Of a stretch of 64,000 nucleotides of DNA, positions 58,986 to 64,000 are shown piece by piece. Numbering within the stretch: position 1 is the stretch's first letter; every line of letters starts with the position of its first letter. Source of the DNA: Klebsiella phage phiKp_32; the sequence record LC768500.1; one strand, written 5' to 3'. A model generated the notes under the pieces. That model made no database searches, was not told the origin of the DNA, and saw nothing but the letters and a program-made list of their open reading frames with translations. Made by a program: the position numbers and the translations under genes.

Positions 58986-59159
58986 GGCGACCAGTTGAAT
59001 TCTAATTCAATCAACGGAGAGGATGCTATTGCTGAAGCTAAAGCTTTAATGGGCAGACGCGATTACTATATCACCGGCACGGGGCAGTTCCTTTACAGTC
59101 CAACGGTGGAACCTCACGAATTCTTATTCCGAAATCTCAGTAACGGACTCAACCTATGA
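58986..59159 (+). CDS. RNA polymerase beta' N-terminal fragment, exon 2 (GDQLNSNSINGEDAIAEAKALMGRR...*)
   Basis: Begins GDQ, completing the DFDGDQ motif. The 22-aa span to EAKALM matches E. coli [22 protein letters not shown] in length. The stop overlaps the beta-gene ATG (ATGA). Confidence 0.75.
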   Translation, partial: GDQLNSNSINGEDAIAEAKALMGRRDYYITGTGQFLYSPTVEPHEFLFRNLSNGLNL

Positions 59160-62100
59160 GCGTATTATACCAACAGTTCTTCCGTAATTTTGTTCTTAGG
59201 AAAAAACAAGAAATTACAAATCCTAAGTTTCACCATCTGACGGATATGGTGTTGCCGAGAGAATCGGTAATGATGTATCTACCGAAGACGCAAGAAGATA
59301 TCGGCCCAAGTACCGAGGAGCCCTTAATAGGGACTTACCCTGATGGGGTTAACATTTATTTCAACAGTCTTTATATAACCCCCATCGGAAGAACTCGACC
59401 CGTTCCCTTTAACGAAAAGCAATCTATACAGCTTTATCGTAAAAGCCATTTCAAATACAACTGGGCGAGGACGCTGTCCAACTACCTGAGCCGTCGTCAG
59501 GAACTGTTGGTAAACAACATAGCGATGGGACCCCATCGTCACCGTTATGTCTTTACTCGCTTTGTTCAGTTCGAACGAGCTTACAACCAACTGGCTTCTG
59601 GGATTGAAGCCGTTAAGCAAATGAGTAAGGAAACGACCCGCAATCAATACTGGCGAATAGAACTTCCTCCAAGCATCCCCGATTATCGTCAACTGCTGGT
59701 AGCCGTCGATCATTATAAGAAGGCGTTCAAAGACGGTGTTTATACCACCACTGACAATCAGGCTGTACTCCCGTTTAAGGGCTACGGTTCTTATTGGATC
59801 ATGGATTGGTACCTCTTCTTGATAGGCGAAAAGAACTACAGTCTGTTTAATCGCTTAGATAAAGAAGAAATGGATAAACTCCACATCATCTTTAGTCATA
59901 ATGGACTCAGCTGGGTAGTTAACCTTGGTATCGTCTCTCAATGGATGGAAGAACTTAACGACAAGCACGGCAATCCCACCAGTATGCGTGTTAACGCGGC
60001 TAAACGGTTCCTGCTTGGATTTAGGGCTCTGATAGCGGGCGGCACGCTAAGCGAAACCATAGAGGAGAAATCTCATGCCGCTGAGAATGTCGGATTGGGT
60101 ACTGGAACGCCAGAAGAGGAAAGAAGAAGCCAGGAAGCTAATAAGGAATCAGAAGAAGAACCGCTGGATCTCGATGAGTCTGAAGAGATTACTGATCAGT
60201 CTGTTACTATGCTTGATCTTTTCATGGGCAGCAAAAAGGCTGATACAGAATCTGATGATGACCAAGGAGGAGAGGATTCAGGAGGAGCTGATGAGAATCA
60301 CGGAGAAGAGTGGGCTGCAGCGGTCGACGATGAATTACTTTATAACGCCGAAACAGAAGGATTAGGGGAAACCAAGAAAGTTATTTTCAGTACCCCAGAA
60401 TCTGGTATCCTGAGAGCCTTAGAGCAAAGAGCCAAGGCCGGGACATTAACTGTTGCGGAACAACGTTATTACACTAATCTCGCGCAATCATACAAAACGA
60501 TCAAAATGCCTAACGGTGAAAGTCTTGAAAGTTTTGTTAAGATCGATCAGGCCAAACTCCGCCACCTTCCTGCTAAAATTGCTCCTGAGATGAGAGGGAT
60601 CATCGACCCTTCTCAGCTACAAAGTAGAGCGACCAATCTTAAAACGAAATACTCTGAAGAATTCCTTAATCGGGATATAGCCGGGATGATACTGAACATT
60701 CAGAACGCCGGTATCGTTTTAACCGACCTGAAACGTGAACGTATCGTCAATGCGGAATCGGCTTACGACGTTTATACCATGAACGTCCATCCTGTTGGCG
60801 GATCGCCTAAGACCGCAATGTTCCGCATCCCCAAAATTGACAAAGACGGAACCTTCACTGTCGATGGGGTAAAACAACATCTTCAACTTCAGCGTATGGA
60901 AATACCAATTCGTAAGATAAACTCTGAGCAGGTTGCTTTGACGAGTTATTATGACCGCAAGATCATGATGTCTCGTTCGACAAAGGTTGCAGATGATTAC
61001 GGATTGTGGCTGAACAAACAACTTATTCTGTTGGGTGAGGCCGGTAAAGTATCTGGGGTGTTGGGCGATGTCTATAATCGTAGTTACGCTGTTCCTCGTA
61101 CTTATTCTGCGTTAGCCAAGCGGTACCGAACATTAAAGGCTGGTGGGATTGAATTCAACTTCGATCTTTCTAGTCTTGTTGGCTCAGAGAAAGAAATCAA
61201 GAAACTGATTTCTCCTAACTGGGTTCCGGTGGCTAAAGAAGGTGACGGCTTCATCTTTATGGATGATGGCGGTAACCTTTACAAAGATAAGACACACATT
61301 GGTTCTTTCGAAAGCCGCTGTGGAATTGACACGACGAAGGCCCCAGTCGATATCGTTACGGTGAATGTAAACGGATACGCTTTCCCTATCGGTGTAGTGC
61401 TCGCTTACTACTTCGGATTCGACGAACTTCTTAAAGCACTCAATGCTGACTATCGGACCGTTCCGGCCGGTGAGAAAGTTCGGATGGGTCAGGACGAATA
61501 CGCGATAACCTTTAACGACGAAACGCTTATTTTCAACAGACGGGATAGTTTAACCGCACTTATCATGGGCGGATTCCGGAAGTTAGCGAATCTCAGTAAC
61601 TTCTCTCGCTATGACCTAAACACAAAAGGTGTATGGGTGCCGGCTATCGGGGATAAGAAAGTCAAACCTGGTCATTTTGATGAAATGCGTTTGATGTTCG
61701 AAATGTTCATCGATCCGATCACCAAATCTGAACTGGTTAAAAGGGGCTATCCGACTGAGCTTCATTATCTCATGATCGAAGGCGTGAAAATGCTGAACAC
61801 CGATCGAACTGCTCACGAGATAGAATTAACTGAGCAACGTTTCGTTGGGTATGAACGTTTTGCTGGCCGAGTCTATAATGAGATTGTTAAGTCAACGCGT
61901 CAATTCAGGAATAAAGGTAACGACAAACGTTTCACCTTCGATATGAACCCTGAAGCGGTTATCATGAGTATCATCACCGATACAAGTGTAAACCTAGTCG
62001 AAGAGGTTAACCCCATCCACGAAATCAAAGAACAGGAAGTTGTTACCTTTGGTGGTACTGGTGGGCGAAGTGAAACGACAATGGTCAGACGTACACGTGG

Positions 62101-62308
62101 TCAGCAAGAGAACTATGCTGGGGTTATCTCCGAGGCTGGTAAAGACTCCGGTAAAGTTGGGTTCGTGAGTTACTTAACGAGCAACCCTAAGATCGCCGAT
62201 TTCCGTGGTAACGTCGACCTAAGCATGCCTGACACTCTGAGCGGCAGACTGTCGGTAACATCCAACCTTTTAGCTCACTCGACCTCCGATGACCCAAAAC
62301 GGTTAACT
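59156..62308 (+). CDS. RNA polymerase beta subunit (or N-terminal fragment), exon 1
   Basis: NPIHEIKEQEVVTFGGTGG vs NPLSEITHKRRISALGPGG; GKVGFVSYLTSNPKIADFRG vs [38 protein letters not shown] vs [19 protein letters not shown]. Acidic low-complexity insert near the N-terminus. Confidence 0.8.
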
Positions 62309-63742
62309 GTAATATTTTCCTGAGTACAATATTATGTTGAGACTCAGGAGCAAATTAAGATGAAACCAATTGAGTGTAAAGATTTTCCAGGGTATTACGA
62401 GATACCCAATTTTTCCAAGTACTGCATTAATAAAAAATCAGATATTATTCATAAACGCAAAAACAAAAAAATCAGACAGTACGACGTTAAATCTTCTGTG
62501 ACGTCCAGGCCAGAAACCGGGTGTTATAAAAGAGTGACGATGTATTCTGATGATAAAAAACTCCACGCCTTTTCGGTCCATCGGTTAATGGGCTTGGTGT
62601 TTAAACATCCTGGTGCCGGGTTTCACTCTCTACAGGTCCACCACGGAGATGGGATAAAATTTCATAACGACATCGATAACTTAGAATGGGTTACACCCAA
62701 GACCAATATTGTTTTAGCAAACGATTATTACATGGGTAAAGCTAAAATACCTGTCCAAGCTAGGTCTAAAAACGGTGAAGTTCTAAATTTTTCTAATCTA
62801 AGTGATTGTGCTAAATTACTCGGGATCCATAGGACAACCCTTATCTCCAGATTAAGTACGTTTGGAGAAAAGTTTGTTCACCCAGAGGGCTATCAACTGA
62901 GGTACGGAAATTCCGATAAGCCATGGGTTGCACCAGACGAAGAATCAGCTAAGGACTTAGATGAGTTTTACTCGTCACCCATTTTGGTAAAAAATCTCAA
63001 CACTGGCGAAGTGAGGGAATTTAAAACAGCCAAAGGCGTGATGGAATTAATAGTAAGATCTCCGTCAAGCATAAGTACTTTGAGTAATGATTCGACTCAA
63101 CCCATTGTGATGGGTAAAGATAACGTACCGTACATTCTCATAAAAAAATATTCTGGGGTCGATTTCAGGAGAGTTGACGATCCAATGAATGATTTTGTCG
63201 AACAACAGACCAATACCAGAACGGTAGTTGCGACGAATGTTACGACTAATGAAAAGAGAGTTTATACGACCGCGCAGGCGTGCGCATCTGATTTTGGAAT
63301 AGGAAAAACTACACTTAATTGGCGTCTTAAGAAACCCATCCCTGGTGTTTTCGACGGATGGATTTTTAGATATTACGAGGCCCGTATGGGAGGAAACACC
63401 CATACGCAATAATCTTTAATTGTTCTGGGACGATCTCGAAGACTCTCATACCAAAGCGGAATACGAAAGTATAGACGTCATGGTTTTAAAAGTTGAGAAG
63501 AGAGACGATCTAGCAGCGAAGCACCTACGTATCTTCGAGAGAAGAGATAGGGTGAACGTTCAACGACTATGGGTGAAACTCCCAGTAGATTTTACATGAA
63601 GTAATTTCGAAACAGGATTCCCTTCGAGTGAGCTGAAGAAGCTCGATACTCATGGGTGAAATATAGTCTGCTCCCTACGGCGACGTAGCGGCGGGTGTCA
63701 TAGCACACCGGGTTGAAGGAAGCAACCGGACATAAGGCTCTG
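62309..63742 (+). mobile_element. group I intron carrying an HNH homing endonuclease gene, inserted in the beta gene (boundaries +/-6 nt)
   Basis: R element GTTCAACGACTAT (63558-63570) and S element GAAATATAGTC (63658-63669). The downstream frame encodes HKALFSGVQQSQGVSA, which continues the E. coli beta [15 protein letters not shown] alignment. The track ORF 59156..62323 runs into the intron and terminates at 62323. Confidence 0.75.
62360..63412 (+). CDS. intron-encoded HNH homing endonuclease
   Basis: LQVHHGDGIKFHNDIDNLEWVTPKTN HNH motif; RBS ctcaggagcaaattaagATG; located between the 5' splice site and the intron catalytic core. Confidence 0.8.
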   Translation: MKPIECKDFPGYYEIPNFSKYCINKKSDIIHKRKNKKIRQYDVKSSVTSRPETGCYKRVTMYSDDKKLHAFSVHRLMGLVFKHPGAGFHSLQVHHGDGIKFHNDIDNLEWVTPKTNIVLANDYYMGKAKIPVQARSKNGEVLNFSNLSDCAKLLGIHRTTLISRLSTFGEKFVHPEGYQLRYGNSDKPWVAPDEESAKDLDEFYSSPILVKNLNTGEVREFKTAKGVMELIVRSPSSISTLSNDSTQPIVMGKDNVPYILIKKYSGVDFRRVDDPMNDFVEQQTNTRTVVATNVTTNEKRVYTTAQACASDFGIGKTTLNWRLKKPIPGVFDGWIFRYYEARMGGNTHTQ

Positions 63743-64000
63743 TTCTCCGGGGTTCAGCAAAGCCAGGGGGTGTCTGCGACTAACTATCAGACCAACTGGT
63801 TACGTACCGGGGATGAATTGGTTATCGCACACCGGACATCCGAGCTTTATTCTAAACCAGCTAAACTCGACGGTAAAGTAATAAAGCTTACCAAAGAAGG
63901 CTTGGTGGTCGAATACAAGGATGGAACGACGGACAGTTATCCGTTAGGCTTAACCATCGGCAGTGCGTCTGGTGAATTCCACAGACACACAAGAGTCACT
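63743..64000 (+). CDS. RNA polymerase beta, exon 2 (3'-truncated at the window edge)
   Basis: FSGVQQSQGVSATNYQTNWLRTGDELVIAHRTSELYSKPAKLDGKVIKL... parallels E. coli [42 protein letters not shown]; open to the end of the window. Confidence 0.7.

Noticed and set aside
58606-59155. Possibility that the 550-nt gap between beta' and beta is a plain intergenic spacer or holds a small RNA
   Set aside because: The gap contains the group I R/S core and an in-frame continuation (GDQ...) of the DFD-truncated beta'. An intron plus a short second exon explains every base of the gap.
1-64000. tRNA, rRNA and CRISPR arrays
   Set aside because: No cloverleaf-like GTTCRANYC T-loop contexts and no direct-repeat/spacer periodicity were found on visual scanning. 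Non-coding spacers are all under 150 nt except the intron regions.

Overview
This window reads as a stretch of a phiKZ-like jumbo phage genome. Evidence: gene-dense with short intergenic spacers, about 45% GC, a split multisubunit RNA polymerase (beta' N-fragment and beta) next to a 2268-aa protein carrying a C-terminal lysozyme-like domain, a phage GroEL, thyA, tdk, and five paralogous HNH homing endonucleases.

Main discovery: both RNA polymerase genes at 57.2-64 kb are interrupted by group I introns.
- An ORF-less 380-nt intron sits exactly inside the catalytic NADFDGD motif of beta' (58606-58985).
- A roughly 1.43-kb intron carrying an HNH endonuclease gene sits in a conserved region of beta (about 62309-63742).
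- Both introns carry near-identical P7 (R/S) core elements.

Other signals:
- A recurrent 26-nt AT-rich promoter-like motif (CTATATTACCTTTATGTAAACACAAC, four copies).
- A family of CCTAC...GTAGG terminator hairpins, including a perfectly inverted 29-nt pair 25 kb apart.
- A metallophosphoesterase gene translationally coupled to a HigA-like antitoxin gene.
- A Pol-beta-type nucleotidyltransferase downstream of one promoter motif.
- A RyR-domain protein, a DEDDh exonuclease, an AAA ATPase and an SF2 helicase.
- A convergent block at 34-57 kb whose products I take to be virion structural proteins, on composition and phiKZ gene-order grounds only.

No rRNA, tRNA or CRISPR array was recognised. Coordinates derived by counting within lines may be off by 1-2 nt, although the intron 1 coordinates cross-check against the ORF track. 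Every functional call is based on motifs read by eye; no database search was run.
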